The notes: a model not told the origin generated them from the sequence alone. A DNA stretch of 64,000 nucleotides from an uncultured archaeon (GCA_963810275.1 CAWENF010000002.1:64001-128000); one strand, 5' to 3'. Positions 1 to 9,864 are shown, numbered from the stretch's first letter. A program made the numbers and translations.

Positions 1-95
1 ACGGGCAAATCATGCTGCAAGGGGACCATCGCGACCGCGTCAAAGAGTTCCTCATCAAAGCAGGTTATCCACAGGAAAACATTGAACTCCAGTAA
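1..95 (+). CDS. sui1: Translation initiation factor aIF1/SUI1, 3' end (partial)
   Basis: Manual translation from nt 3 gives GQIMLQGDHRDRVKEFLIKAGYPQENIELQ*; LQGDHR is the SUI1 signature. Not in the ORF track. Confidence 0.85.
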   Translation, partial: GQIMLQGDHRDRVKEFLIKAGYPQENIELQ

Positions 96-133
96 ACAAC
101 AAGTTCTCTGTCTCTAATGGTGTATGCGCTTTA

Positions 134-409
134 ATGAAAATAGATGGCTTACGCGACGTTTTCAAACACTCAAAACGTAGGCGACCAACCCAAATTTTTT
201 GTCCCAGATGCTGTAGCCCAAAAATCGAGTTATCAAAAAACATAGGCAGCACCGAGATTTGGTTAACTCCTAAAGAGTACTATTGTGGCGAATGCGGGTA
301 TCACGGAATAATCGTGATGGAGCTAGAACCTGAATCTGAAACGGAGAATGAAAAAATCGAAGCAGATTTAAGAAAAGAAAAGGAAAACAAAGAGGTAAAT
401 AAGCCCTAA
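134..409 (+). CDS. Small zinc-ribbon protein
   Basis: CPRC...CGEC pair and charged C-terminal tail. Confidence 0.65.
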   Translation: MKIDGLRDVFKHSKRRRPTQIFCPRCCSPKIELSKNIGSTEIWLTPKEYYCGECGYHGIIVMELEPESETENEKIEADLRKEKENKEVNKP

Positions 410-1350
410 TCGGGCAACTCTAAATTAAGCTGTTTTTTAAGCGTCTTGTAGCGATTTCGCACCGTAACCTCAGTAACACCAGCGGCTTCAGCAATATCTT
501 TTTGTGTCTTCTTCTCGTTATTCTGCAAACACGCAATATAGAGCGCTGCTGCGGCTAAGCCCATGGGGTCTTTTCCGGCGGCTGCACGCTTGCGCCTTGC
601 CTCTCTTAGGATGTTTATAGCTGCACCTTGGGTTTTGCCTGAAATGCCGGTTTTTTCTGCGATCTTTGACACATATGTCAGGGGATCAGCGATTGGCATA
701 TGCACTTCCAATTCTCTTAAGAGTAGCCTGTAGCATCGAGCAACATCTTTTTTGTCAACTAAGCTTGCTTCAGCAATTTCTCGTAGTGTACGGGGTGTTC
801 CAGATCCGCGGCAAGCAGCGTACAAGGAGGCTGCTGCGATAGCTGCAATTGATCGACCTCTGACTAGGCCTTTGTCAAGTGCCTTGCGGTAAACAACGGC
901 TGCTTTTTCTTTTATTGGCGAAGGAATGTAGACTTTATCGCTCAGGCGATCTAGTTCCGCCATGGCTTGAGCCAAGTTGCGATCAATCGAGCTGTGAACG
1001 CGGCTTCTGATTTGCCATTTGCGTAGACGCCACATCTGCAACCTTGTGGATAAAGGAAGTTTTCTTCCGAAAGCATCTCTGTCGACTTGGCTGATGGCTG
1101 TGGATAAGCCTTTGTCGTGAACTGAGTAAGAGGTTGGAACACCGACACGGCTTCTGGAGGCTTTTTCTTCTTGGGTGAAAGCACGCCACTCAGGGCCTTT
1201 ATCCATCATCTGTTCGTAGAGGACTAAGCCGCAGTCACCGCAGACCGTTTCGCCTGTGTCATAATCGTGAACTAGGTTTACGCCGCCGCATTCGGGGCAT
1301 TTGTCAGCCTGACGTGTTGCTGTTTTCTGACCTTCTCTTTTTATGCTCAC
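406..1350 (-). CDS. tfb: Transcription initiation factor IIB
   Basis: N-terminal Zn ribbon CPECG...CGDCG, GPEWRAF B-reader, two cyclin repeats, C-terminal TEVTVRNRYK; GAGGT SD before GTG. Confidence 0.98.
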   Translation of the reverse strand: MSIKREGQKTATRQADKCPECGGVNLVHDYDTGETVCGDCGLVLYEQMMDKGPEWRAFTQEEKASRSRVGVPTSYSVHDKGLSTAISQVDRDAFGRKLPLSTRLQMWRLRKWQIRSRVHSSIDRNLAQAMAELDRLSDKVYIPSPIKEKAAVVYRKALDKGLVRGRSIAAIAAASLYAACRGSGTPRTLREIAEASLVDKKDVARCYRLLLRELEVHMPIADPLTYVSKIAEKTGISGKTQGAAINILREARRKRAAAGKDPMGLAAAALYIACLQNNEKKTQKDIAEAAGVTEVTVRNRYKTLKKQLNLELPD

Positions 1351-1449
1351 ATCTTATACCTCACGTTTATGTGCGTAGAACCGTCACCATAGGCCATTTT
1401 GGCTAGAAAATAGTACATTCGGCCCGCGCAGTCTTAGCTGATTGACGGT

Positions 1450-1462
1450 TTTTATATTTAAA
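1450..1462 (-). promoter_or_regulatory. Probable TATA box of tfb
   Basis: Minus strand TTTAAATATAAAA preceded by an A-rich BRE-like run, about 100 nt upstream of the tfb start. Confidence 0.45.
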
Positions 1463-1674
1463 TTTTTTGGTTTAATAAACCTATTGCACACTATACTTTC
1501 TAAAAAACAGAGCCTTTCAAAACCAATCAAATGCAGAAAAACACACAAAAATGTATAACTATTCTCGAAGGAAGCTCAGAAAAACCATACCCCAAAACAA
1601 GACCAGACACCCAAAACCTCTCCTCAAGCGTTTTTCCGTAAGGTATAATTCAACAAAACACCACTATCCACACG

Positions 1675-2763
1675 GTGCACCCGGCTAAATTGAACATGCC
1701 CCCAAAAGAAGCAAAACTAAACATCCCCGTAGACCTCATTCGAACAATAGCTATAGTAGCCGTAATCTTGCTGCACTCAACAAACGACTTAACCAATACA
1801 ACCGTCATGGGCGTCAACGAAATTTACCGCTGGTGGACCGTAGACATCTATCAGTCAATCGGGCGTTTAGGTGTGCCGCTATTTGTCATGTTAACTGGTG
1901 CGTTGCTGCTTCAGCCCTCAAAACGGGAGGATTTAGGCACGTTTTTTGGCAAGCGCTTTGCAAGAATTGGGTTGCCGTTTCTTTTTTGGGGTGCATCGTA
2001 CTTTATGTGGGACGTCTATGTTGAGCAACAGCAGGTTACGCAGGCATTCATAGTTCAAGGTATCCTGACTGGTCCTTACCTGCATTTCTGGTACATATAC
2101 ATGCTTGTGGGGTTGTATTTCGTTACGCCGTTTCTGCGTTTAATGATGGCACAAGCCAGCAGCCAGCTGTTCAAGTATTTTGCAGTTTTGTGGTTTGTAG
2201 GCACCGCTTTAGTCCCATTCATTTATCTGCTTACTCCTTATGAGGTGGATGCTAACCTTTTCATCATACCAGCGTTTTTGGGTTATTTTGTACTGGGCTA
2301 TTATCTGCTCAGGGTTAAGGTTAACAGAAAACTGCTGGTTGCGATGCTTGCGTCAGGGTTGGTGTTGTCCACGTTGGGCACCTATATCATCGCTGGAACA
2401 GTGGGTGGCAAAACCCAGTTCTTTTTCCAGGAATATGTCAGCCCGTCCACGATTTTAGCTTCTATAGCACTATTTCTGCTTTTAGCAAACATGAAGTCTG
2501 CGCCTGAGCCACATCTGAGAGGCAAAACGTCGGTTTGGCAGCATTTTCTGCATGTGGTTAGCGTGAATACTTTGCCGATTTTCTTTTTCCACCTTATGGT
2601 GCTCTATGTGCTTCAGAAGGGGTATCTTGGGTTCACGTTAAACGGAAACACTGTAAACAGTATTATTGGGGTTCCCTTAGCCACTTTTCTGACGTTATTG
2701 ATTAGTTTGGCGGTTATTGTTCCCCTCAAAAAAGTGCCAATCTTAAAGCGATTGCTGGGCTAA
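1675..2763 (+). CDS. Acyltransferase family 3 (WecH/OafA-like membrane O-acyltransferase)
   Basis: DLIRTIAIVAVILLH, VPLFVMLTGALLL, KRFARIGLPFLFW and HFWYIY motifs; about 10 TM segments. Confidence 0.88.
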   Translation: MHPAKLNMPPKEAKLNIPVDLIRTIAIVAVILLHSTNDLTNTTVMGVNEIYRWWTVDIYQSIGRLGVPLFVMLTGALLLQPSKREDLGTFFGKRFARIGLPFLFWGASYFMWDVYVEQQQVTQAFIVQGILTGPYLHFWYIYMLVGLYFVTPFLRLMMAQASSQLFKYFAVLWFVGTALVPFIYLLTPYEVDANLFIIPAFLGYFVLGYYLLRVKVNRKLLVAMLASGLVLSTLGTYIIAGTVGGKTQFFFQEYVSPSTILASIALFLLLANMKSAPEPHLRGKTSVWQHFLHVVSVNTLPIFFFHLMVLYVLQKGYLGFTLNGNTVNSIIGVPLATFLTLLISLAVIVPLKKVPILKRLLG

Positions 2764-2877
2764 GAGGGCTCAAGCAGAAACAATTCATGCATATTGCGGT
2801 GCAAGAACGCTTATTAGGCAAAACTATGCCCTTTTACCTCTAACAATAAATAATACCGCACAAAAAGAAATGCGCGC

Positions 2878-2950
2878 AGCCCGTTGGTGTAGTGGTCAAG
2901 CATAGAGGCCTTTGGAGCCTTTGACGAGAGTTCGAATCTCTCACGGGCTA
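2878..2950 (+). tRNA. trnQ: tRNA-Gln (anticodon TTG)
   Basis: Acceptor stem AGCCCGT/ACGGGCT, D-loop AGTGGT, anticodon loop CT-TTG-GA, T-arm GAGAG-TTCGAAT-CTCTC; no intron, CCA not encoded. Confidence 0.96.
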
Positions 2951-3201
2951 CTTTTCGCTCTTATTTATGTTGGACTGATGTTTTGCATTAAATGTCGTGT
3001 ATAAAGTTTGTTTCGTCTTCAAGTTCATTTCAATTATGATACATTCAAATCTGAATCTTTTTAACTCGATTCTTTAACCTATGGCAAACGAGATCGACTA
3101 TTTGCAGAATATCGATAATTCGCATGAGCAAGTGACGCTAAACTCTGTTTTTGTTGCTATGAACAGTTCTTATAAAGAGTTAAATATTCCAATTACTAAA
3201 G

Positions 3202-3537
3202 TTGAAATTAAGGATTTTTATGGAAAATAACTCCGAGCACCAGCTTAGACAACACTGGCAACATTGGAAAATGACAATCGCAGGCTCAGCCATTGGTTTC
3301 ACGGTACTTATCATAGACTTATTCTACATGTACTTAACAAATAGGCTGCCTTCACTTGCTAGGGGAGAAATCGTAGAAATTATACTACTTGTAATTCCAT
3401 TATTCATATTTGCATGGTTTTTGCGCATGGGGATATGGGAATATGAAGAAATTAAAGAAGAACTTAATGCCGCAAAAAAAGAGGCCCAAGTAAAAAAAGA
3501 ACAGGTGAGTCTTCACTTGAACGCCTTTAAGAAGTAA
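3202..3537 (+). CDS. Small two-TM membrane protein
   Basis: Two hydrophobic stretches and a charged tail; ATG likely at about 3220. Confidence 0.5.
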   Translation: MKLRIFMENNSEHQLRQHWQHWKMTIAGSAIGFTVLIIDLFYMYLTNRLPSLARGEIVEIILLVIPLFIFAWFLRMGIWEYEEIKEELNAAKKEAQVKKEQVSLHLNAFKK

Positions 3538-3576
3538 AATGAAGTAACTGGCAGCCTTAAAAACTGGCATTTGAAT

Positions 3577-3601
3577 GAGAGTGCGAATCTCTCCCTAGCT
3601 A
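3577..3601 (+). repeat. Degenerate direct repeat of the tRNA-Gln 3' end (att-like)
   Basis: GAGAGTGCGAATCTCTCCCTAGCTA vs tRNA 2926-2950 GAGAGTTCGAATCTCTCACGGGCTA, 21/25 identical. Confidence 0.7.
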
Positions 3602-3717
3602 TCAGATTATCTTCGAAAAAAGTTTTTTGATTCTGCATCAAGCTTGTAGCGAAATGTATCAATACCGAAACTGAAGTCTTATATCGTTTGGGAATTTGTT
3701 TCTAAAAGGGTCAGATT

Positions 3718-4245
3718 ATGGTTGTCTATTCTGAGTTAATACCACCAGAAGCTATTCTTCGAGGCGTGGGTAATGCAAAGAAAGTAACTATCATCGCTTG
3801 TCCACATTGCGCCAATCTGAGTGTGGCTTATGCTAAAGCTATTCCTTTTGGGAAAGCAATAGGCGGCGACTTGCTAAGCATGATTACTTCAAAGCCCTCT
3901 GCGATTATCTTGGAAGCTAAAAAGATTAAGGAGTTACTAGAGACCAAGGGAATAGCTGCAAAAATTGAGGTTTTGGGCAAACTAATGCCACCATGCGGAC
4001 TAAGTGAAGCAGGATATCAGAAAATTGAGAAAATATCGAAGGATTCAGATTGTGTTATTGCACTTTGCTGTATAAGCGGCTGTTTGGGTATGAAGAATGC
4101 GTTGCCAAAAACATGTAAGATATTTCCAGCGATGAACACAGTTGGTTGGATGGAAAGTTTTCGAAAGATAGAGAATGGACAGTTGGTTCTAGATAGAGAT
4201 AAGTCTAAAGTAATTTATGCCAAAGGCCACAAAGACAAGTCTTAG
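3718..4245 (+). CDS. Cys-rich protein resembling the N-terminal half of MetV/MTHFR-associated proteins
   Basis: KKVTIIACPHCA, PPC, ALCCISG, PAMNT pattern; family call from motif recall only. Confidence 0.45.
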   Translation: MVVYSELIPPEAILRGVGNAKKVTIIACPHCANLSVAYAKAIPFGKAIGGDLLSMITSKPSAIILEAKKIKELLETKGIAAKIEVLGKLMPPCGLSEAGYQKIEKISKDSDCVIALCCISGCLGMKNALPKTCKIFPAMNTVGWMESFRKIENGQLVLDRDKSKVIYAKGHKDKS

Positions 4246-4697
4246 AAACATCAAAGCAGGTAAGCCAGAAGCAACACTCTCTGATTAGAGCTTGAATAGG
4301 AAACAAGCCATTAACATATTTCATTTTTTTAGGAAAAAATGGTAATAGAAGTAATAGAAAATTTAATTCGTAACAAATTGCAATCTCAATGAACTAAATT
4401 ATTTAATACTTACATAATCACGTTGGTTGAATAAACGCCTGAGTACAAGGGTTGTTGGTGCTTTTAGTGAGACATCTTTAAAAGATTTGCCTTATGTAAG
4501 GTTTTATGGCAGTTTTAGTCTGTAAAACGTTTTGGAGCCTAGTTTTCCGGCTGACTATTCGTGATTACTTTTCGTTTTACAATAGTTATCATTTAGTGGT
4601 GTTGTAGTTGTTTTGATACAGTCACAAACTACTATATCATGACAAAAGAATACTCAAACTGATATACAGAGGTTAAAACGCTTAAGGAGTTAATGGT

Positions 4698-4937
4698 TTG
4701 AATAGAAACGAAGCGGTCTTCTTCTTGGAGAATGTGTTGGCATGTTACTGCGGAAACTCAATAGCCGCTTTTGGGCTAACGGAAAATAGAAACAACGGTA
4801 GCAAAGCAGTAAACTATGGGTTTTACATAAAAGAAGTCGCCACCCAAACAGCTAAGGATAGCAGAGAGTGCTTTGCTTCAAAAAACAATTTGCATGTTAC
4901 AGAGCAGAACGGTGCGATAATTTATAGGTCAAAATAA
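4698..4937 (+). CDS. Small hypothetical protein
   Basis: AAGGAG SD before TTG; 79 aa. Confidence 0.45.
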   Translation: MNRNEAVFFLENVLACYCGNSIAAFGLTENRNNGSKAVNYGFYIKEVATQTAKDSRECFASKNNLHVTEQNGAIIYRSK

Positions 4938-4961
4938 CTAAAAAAGAAAACAAAATGAGTT

Positions 4962-7814
4962 TTAAGAGGAAGAGGATGAAGATTCGCGGGTTTCTTTAAC
5001 CAGCGGTTTAGCCTCGTCGATTGGAAGTTCCTCAGCAGTAGCTTTAGCTGGTTTGGCCTCGGCTTTGTCAACGTCGGTTGGGGGTTCAGGAAGGTTATTT
5101 TGTACGCATCGGAAGTCAATATCTTCGCCCTTCAAATTTAAGGTTGCCTTCACGGTACCGTCGCTAAGGTATTCAATGGCAAATCCCATCTTCTTTGTTA
5201 AACTCAAAGCACGGTAATTGTCCTGTAGCATGATTGCATACACGTTTTCAACTCCCTTCTCTTTGGCTATATCAAGCGTGTAGTCAACCAGTTTAGTGCC
5301 TAAGCCCAAGCCCTGCCAATAGTCGGAGACGATAAACGCCATTTCACTGTGTCTGCCGTCGGACTCAATGCTAAGGCGGCTGACGCCAAGGATTTTGCGC
5401 TTGCCGTTCTCAACCACTTCGGCGACCATTGCGACTTCTCGGTCGTAATCAATGTTGCAGTATCGAACACGAACCTCATGGGGCGTGTCTTTGAGCATCT
5501 GGAAGAAACGGTAGCGTATGGATTCTTCAGATAGACTCTGGAACCACTCAAGCCACATAGGCTCATCTTCTGGCTTAATTGGGCGAAGGAGCACTTCCTG
5601 TCCATTCTTAAGCAACCATAAGATTTCGTACTTCTTGGGGTACGGGCTGATCACCATATGTTCGTGAGGTTCAAAGTGTTTGCAGACCTTGTCCTTGTCC
5701 ACGACTATGCGTGCATCAAGGATAGTGGCGTCTTTATCACTTATCAGCATGGGGTTAACGTCGATTTCTTTGATTTGTGGGAAGTCCGTTAGCAGTTGGC
5801 TAAATAGTAGTATGGTTTCGTCAAGACGCTTCAGATCAACTGGAGTGCTGCCTCTGTAGCCTTTAAGCAGACGGTAAATCTTAGTTTCATCAAGCATGCG
5901 GTGAATCAAAGTAGTGTTTAGCGGTGGCAATGCAATTGAGTAGTCTTTGAAGAGTTCCACGCCAACTCCGCCCATTCCGAACAAGATGCAGGGTCCGAAC
6001 ACTGGGTCGGTTTTGCCTCCGATGATTATTTCGTGACCTTTCTTCTCAACCATTGGCTGTACGGTAACTCCGATGATTTGTGCGCTTGGGTTGTAAGCGG
6101 TTGCGCGCGATATTAGTAGCTCAAAGGCTTCTCTGACCTCTTTAGGTGAGTTGACGTTTAGGATAACTCCTCCAGCGTCGGATTTGTGAATGATCTGCGG
6201 AGAAAGAATCTTTAGCACAACTGGGAAACCCATCTCAGTAGCAAACATAACTGCTTCGTCAACATTGTTGGCAACGGCAGTGCGCACGACTGGGAAGTTG
6301 TAGTACTTAAGTATCTTTTTAGCTTCATCCTCGGTCAGAATTTCTCTGTCTTCAAACGCTGCGTTACGCAGAATAGCCATAATGGGTCGTCTTGGCGGTG
6401 AAGCATCCACTGGAAGCTCCTCGGGGGTTTCGTATAGCAAATCGATGTTGCGTTGGTAATTGTACATGTACATGTAGGTTTTCAGTGCTTGCTCGGGGGT
6501 GCTATAGGTTGGGATGTTGTTGGCGTTTAAGATGTTGTTTGCTTCCTGCACAGCTCCAAAGCCCATAAAAGAGGTGACTATGGTTTTGTTTTGATAGGGT
6601 TTGTTGCGTACCAATTCAACAATAGCTTTTGCGATTTCCACCGATTCGCTAACTGCCTGCTGAGTGAAGATGATTAGGATACCATTGACATTGTTGTCGT
6701 TTAGTGCTGCTTCTAAAGCGGCTTTGTAGCGGTCTGCTTTAGCGTCGCCTAAAACGTCGATGGGATTGCCGTGGCTCCAAAACGGAGGTAAAACCGCGTT
6801 AAGTGAATCGATTGTTTTCTGGCTTATTTTGGCAAGTTTTCCGCCTAGCCCGATAAGCGAGTCTGTTGCCATGACTCCTGGTCCGCCTGCATTAGTAATA
6901 ATTGCCAAGTTGTTGCCTTTAGGTAGTGGCTGAGTGCCTAAAACCTCGGCTGCGTTGAATAAGTCGGCGATTTCGCTGACACGCACTACACCCGCACGCT
7001 TAAACGCGGCATCGTAGATGTCGTCTGAGCCTGATAGTGAGCCAGTATGAGATGCTGCTGCTTTTGCGCTCTCTGTGAATTTGCCTGATTTAACTACTAT
7101 GATGGGTTTGGTTCTTGCGAAGTGACGGGCGGCACTCATGAATTTGCGTGCTTCAGTTATGCCCTCCACATACATGAGGATACTTTTAGTTTTAGGGTCG
7201 CTGCCGAAATAATCGATTAAGTCACCGAAGTCCACGTCAATCATGGAGCCCACGGAGACGAAGTTACTAAAACCAATATTCTCGTGAATTGCCCAGTCCA
7301 AAATAGCAGAGCCCAACGCACCGCTTTGAGACAGAAAGGCTATGTTGCCTGCTTTAGGCATCTTGTCAAGAAAAGTAGCATTAAGATTAATTCTGGGACG
7401 CAAAACACCAATACAGTTAGGTCCAATAATTCGGACGCCATATTTTTTGGCTACTTCACCCACCTTGTCTTCAAGGGCTTTGCCTGCAGGCCCAGTTTCT
7501 TTAAATCCAGCTGATACTATGATAACGCCTTTCACGTTAGCTTTTCCACATTCTTCCATGACTTGTGGCACGGTTTTTGCAGGCGTCGCAATCATCGCCA
7601 GGTCCACTTGCTCGGGAATCTGATTAACTGTCTGATAAGTTTTAACACCTAAAATCTCAGCTTTCTTTATGTTAACAAAGAAGATCTTGCCAGCGAAACC
7701 TGATTGTGTAAAGTTTTTAACGATTGCGTAACCGACGGAACCTTCCACGTCACTGGCGCCTATGATAGCTACAGTTTGAGGATTAAAGATTTTGTCAAGG
7801 TTAGTGGTGACCAT
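4962..7814 (-). CDS. ADP-forming acyl-CoA synthetase alpha/beta fusion with C-terminal GNAT domain (Pat/PatZ architecture)
   Basis: CoA-binding AIIGAS, GPNCIG, SQSGALG, ASHTG, ATP-grasp HKSDAGGV, GNAT WQGLGLGTKL. Confidence 0.93.
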   Translation of the reverse strand: MVTTNLDKIFNPQTVAIIGASDVEGSVGYAIVKNFTQSGFAGKIFFVNIKKAEILGVKTYQTVNQIPEQVDLAMIATPAKTVPQVMEECGKANVKGVIIVSAGFKETGPAGKALEDKVGEVAKKYGVRIIGPNCIGVLRPRINLNATFLDKMPKAGNIAFLSQSGALGSAILDWAIHENIGFSNFVSVGSMIDVDFGDLIDYFGSDPKTKSILMYVEGITEARKFMSAARHFARTKPIIVVKSGKFTESAKAAASHTGSLSGSDDIYDAAFKRAGVVRVSEIADLFNAAEVLGTQPLPKGNNLAIITNAGGPGVMATDSLIGLGGKLAKISQKTIDSLNAVLPPFWSHGNPIDVLGDAKADRYKAALEAALNDNNVNGILIIFTQQAVSESVEIAKAIVELVRNKPYQNKTIVTSFMGFGAVQEANNILNANNIPTYSTPEQALKTYMYMYNYQRNIDLLYETPEELPVDASPPRRPIMAILRNAAFEDREILTEDEAKKILKYYNFPVVRTAVANNVDEAVMFATEMGFPVVLKILSPQIIHKSDAGGVILNVNSPKEVREAFELLISRATAYNPSAQIIGVTVQPMVEKKGHEIIIGGKTDPVFGPCILFGMGGVGVELFKDYSIALPPLNTTLIHRMLDETKIYRLLKGYRGSTPVDLKRLDETILLFSQLLTDFPQIKEIDVNPMLISDKDATILDARIVVDKDKVCKHFEPHEHMVISPYPKKYEILWLLKNGQEVLLRPIKPEDEPMWLEWFQSLSEESIRYRFFQMLKDTPHEVRVRYCNIDYDREVAMVAEVVENGKRKILGVSRLSIESDGRHSEMAFIVSDYWQGLGLGTKLVDYTLDIAKEKGVENVYAIMLQDNYRALSLTKKMGFAIEYLSDGTVKATLNLKGEDIDFRCVQNNLPEPPTDVDKAEAKPAKATAEELPIDEAKPLVKETRESSSSSS

Positions 7815-8122
7815 TACTATTTCCTTCTTGTAGGTGCGTGTAAAGGAACAAATTAAAGCTTATTGTTCGAGAAACAAAAATTTACCGAACGTAAAGTTGA
7901 TTCTAAGACACAAATCCGCAGTTGAAGCTTTACACTAAATGGAGAGGTGGTTACCGTTTATTTATGTTTAGCTTCAAAAAATTATGGCAATCGCCCCGCC
8001 GCTTAGCAAGAAAACAGACAGCAGATCAACCGTCAATCAGGAGTCGCCGTAAACATTTCATCTAAATAGGCCTCTGGCGCCAACAATATTTTTATGTGGG
8101 ACTCCATCATAGAATGACAGTT

Positions 8123-8198
8123 GCTGGGGTGGCCGAATCGCTGAGGCGGTAGCCTGCAGAGCTGCTTTATATGGGTTCAATTCCCATCCCCAGCTCCA
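8123..8198 (+). tRNA. trnC: tRNA-Cys (anticodon GCA), CCA encoded
   Basis: Acceptor stem GCTGGGG/CCCCAGC, U73 discriminator, CCA, anticodon loop CT-GCA-GA, T-arm ATGGG-TTCAATT-CCCAT. Confidence 0.96.
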
Positions 8199-8382
8199 TC
8201 GTATCTTCTCCAAGAGCTAATTTCAACTAAACCTTATCTACTGTTTGCCTTATTGTTTAGTAATCGGTCAAACATAAAATTCGGATGGTGCCCTAACGGA
8301 TATTCCTTATAATCTAGGTGAAACAGTCAACAGCCGTAGATCCGCAAGAAGCTACAAGTTAGAACCCCTAAAACCCGAAACC

Positions 8383-9144
8383 TTGGCAGCACTATTTGAG
8401 TACGCTAAGACTGTAAAGCCGCCGTTTGATTGCGCCACTGAGATTCGCTTCTTCAAAGCTGACCCCACAAAAGAATTATACACCATGATGAAGTCGCCCC
8501 CAGATAACGTGGCGTTCCTGTCGGAAACAGATGTTGTCTCAATAGCAAAAACCGGGTTCATGGGAGAACTGTTGATTCTTATGGCACAAAGCCTCGGTGT
8601 CTCAACATGCTGGTATGGACATTACAAACTGGCAGAACTAGAAAGATTAATGCCTCACTTGCAGAACCCCAGCCAACTTGAAGAACCGCCAAACGGTTTC
8701 AGCTACTCAAAAGGCGTCACCGAGGGCGTACGCGCAATTTGCATTTCACCACTGGGCTACTATGAATCGAGTGGTCTACGACTGATGGATAGAATGACAA
8801 AAAAGATGTTTAGTTTTAAAAGAAAAGAAATCAAGGACTTGATCGAAAACCCCGATGATTCTGCAAACCTCTCTGATGACCTGAGCTACGCACTCGATTT
8901 GGCAAGAAGAGCGCCGTCGGCGGGCAATTCGCAGATGTGGCGATTCAGTTTCGACAATGGCTATAAAAAAGTAACAGTCGCTATGCCACTGGGGTACAAG
9001 CACTACAAGTGGCAGCACCCCAACGTGGATATAGGCATCTGCGCATGCCACCTATGGCTTGCATTATCAGAAAAAGGATATACGCCCCAAGTGGAGGTCT
9101 GTGAGGATTCTGATCGCGCCGTATTCTCTTTCAAGCTAAATTAA
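8383..9144 (+). CDS. Nitroreductase family protein (true start probably near 8293-8296)
   Basis: ARRAPSAGNSQMWRF and DIGICACH motifs; the in-frame upstream sequence encodes the FMN-binding RRSARSY motif. Confidence 0.88.
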   Translation: MAALFEYAKTVKPPFDCATEIRFFKADPTKELYTMMKSPPDNVAFLSETDVVSIAKTGFMGELLILMAQSLGVSTCWYGHYKLAELERLMPHLQNPSQLEEPPNGFSYSKGVTEGVRAICISPLGYYESSGLRLMDRMTKKMFSFKRKEIKDLIENPDDSANLSDDLSYALDLARRAPSAGNSQMWRFSFDNGYKKVTVAMPLGYKHYKWQHPNVDIGICACHLWLALSEKGYTPQVEVCEDSDRAVFSFKLN

Positions 9145-9178
9145 TAAAAAGCATATCCACGCCAATTAAACAACTACG

Positions 9179-9208
9179 TATGGGTTCAATTCCCATCTCC
9201 AACTCCAT
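9179..9208 (+). repeat. Direct repeat of the tRNA-Cys 3' end (att site)
   Basis: TATGGGTTCAATTCCCATCTCCAACTCCAT vs 8170-8199, 28/30 identical. Confidence 0.9.
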
Positions 9209-9233
9209 AGCCGAACCCCAAGCTTTTAAGTGA

Positions 9234-9681
9234 CTATTTGCGTTTCCTGAATAGCTTTGAGTCATCCATTGAGCAAACATATTCAAAACCATTTTCTATG
9301 AGTCCGCTTGCTTCTTTGATAGTCTTGGCAACTTTACAGATAAATTCCTCATCTCGGGAAATCTATTAGTTGGGTATAGATAATGATATTTTTGATGCTT
9401 TTGTGCCTCAATAGCTTCATGACGTAAAGGATGTATTTTATTTTGTGGTACTCCATGGTTGCTTTCCAGTAGCGGAAGGTGTGAAACGTGATTCGGTTTA
9501 TTCTTGGGTTAGCAAGCTTGAGGGCGGTTCTTTTGCGCTGGTTAACAAAGTTCCCCCGTTAGCCGCGGAGTTCGTAAGTTTCAAAGATTTTGTCAGATCT
9601 TTTTGGGAGCGCTAACATCATGGCTAAGGGTTTGCTTGAGATTTTGAACATGCGTGGGCGGCTATGTTTTTCAGGTGTTAC
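9234..9681 (-). pseudogene. Tyrosine recombinase/integrase, C-terminal remnant
   Basis: Manual translation: TPEKHSRPRMFKIS...G*RGNF...NPRINRITFHTFRYWKATMEYHK...LLRHKSIKNIIIYTQLIDF/fs/EEFICKVAKTIKEASGLIENGFEYVCSMDDSKLFRKRK*. Retains HxxR, H and catalytic Y; one in-frame stop and one frameshift; no N-terminus; adjoins the att repeat. Confidence 0.85.
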
Positions 9682-9851
9682 TTAAAGATATCACTTGGCA
9701 TGGAATAGCTGAAGCCCAAAGACAAACAGGAATATCAGAACAAACTATAAGACGACTACTAAAAGAGTACCCAATACCACCAAAGAATCCACAATATTGT
9801 CGCATATGGATAACCGAAGAACAAAACACGCAACTGCAAAAAATCGTATGA
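9654..9851 (+). CDS. Small HTH protein (element remnant)
   Basis: GIAEAQRQTGISEQTIRRLL is HTH-like; start uncertain and overlaps the integrase remnant. Confidence 0.45.
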   Translation: MGGYVFQVLLKDITWHGIAEAQRQTGISEQTIRRLLKEYPIPPKNPQYCRIWITEEQNTQLQKIV

Positions 9852-9864
9852 GTTAGAAAGTATC

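Noticed and set aside
1438-8040. 13-bp match AACCGTCAATCAG at 1438-1450 (-) and 8028-8040 (+)
   Set aside because: Dozens of 13-mer matches are expected by chance in 64 kb, and the positions relative to promoters differ.
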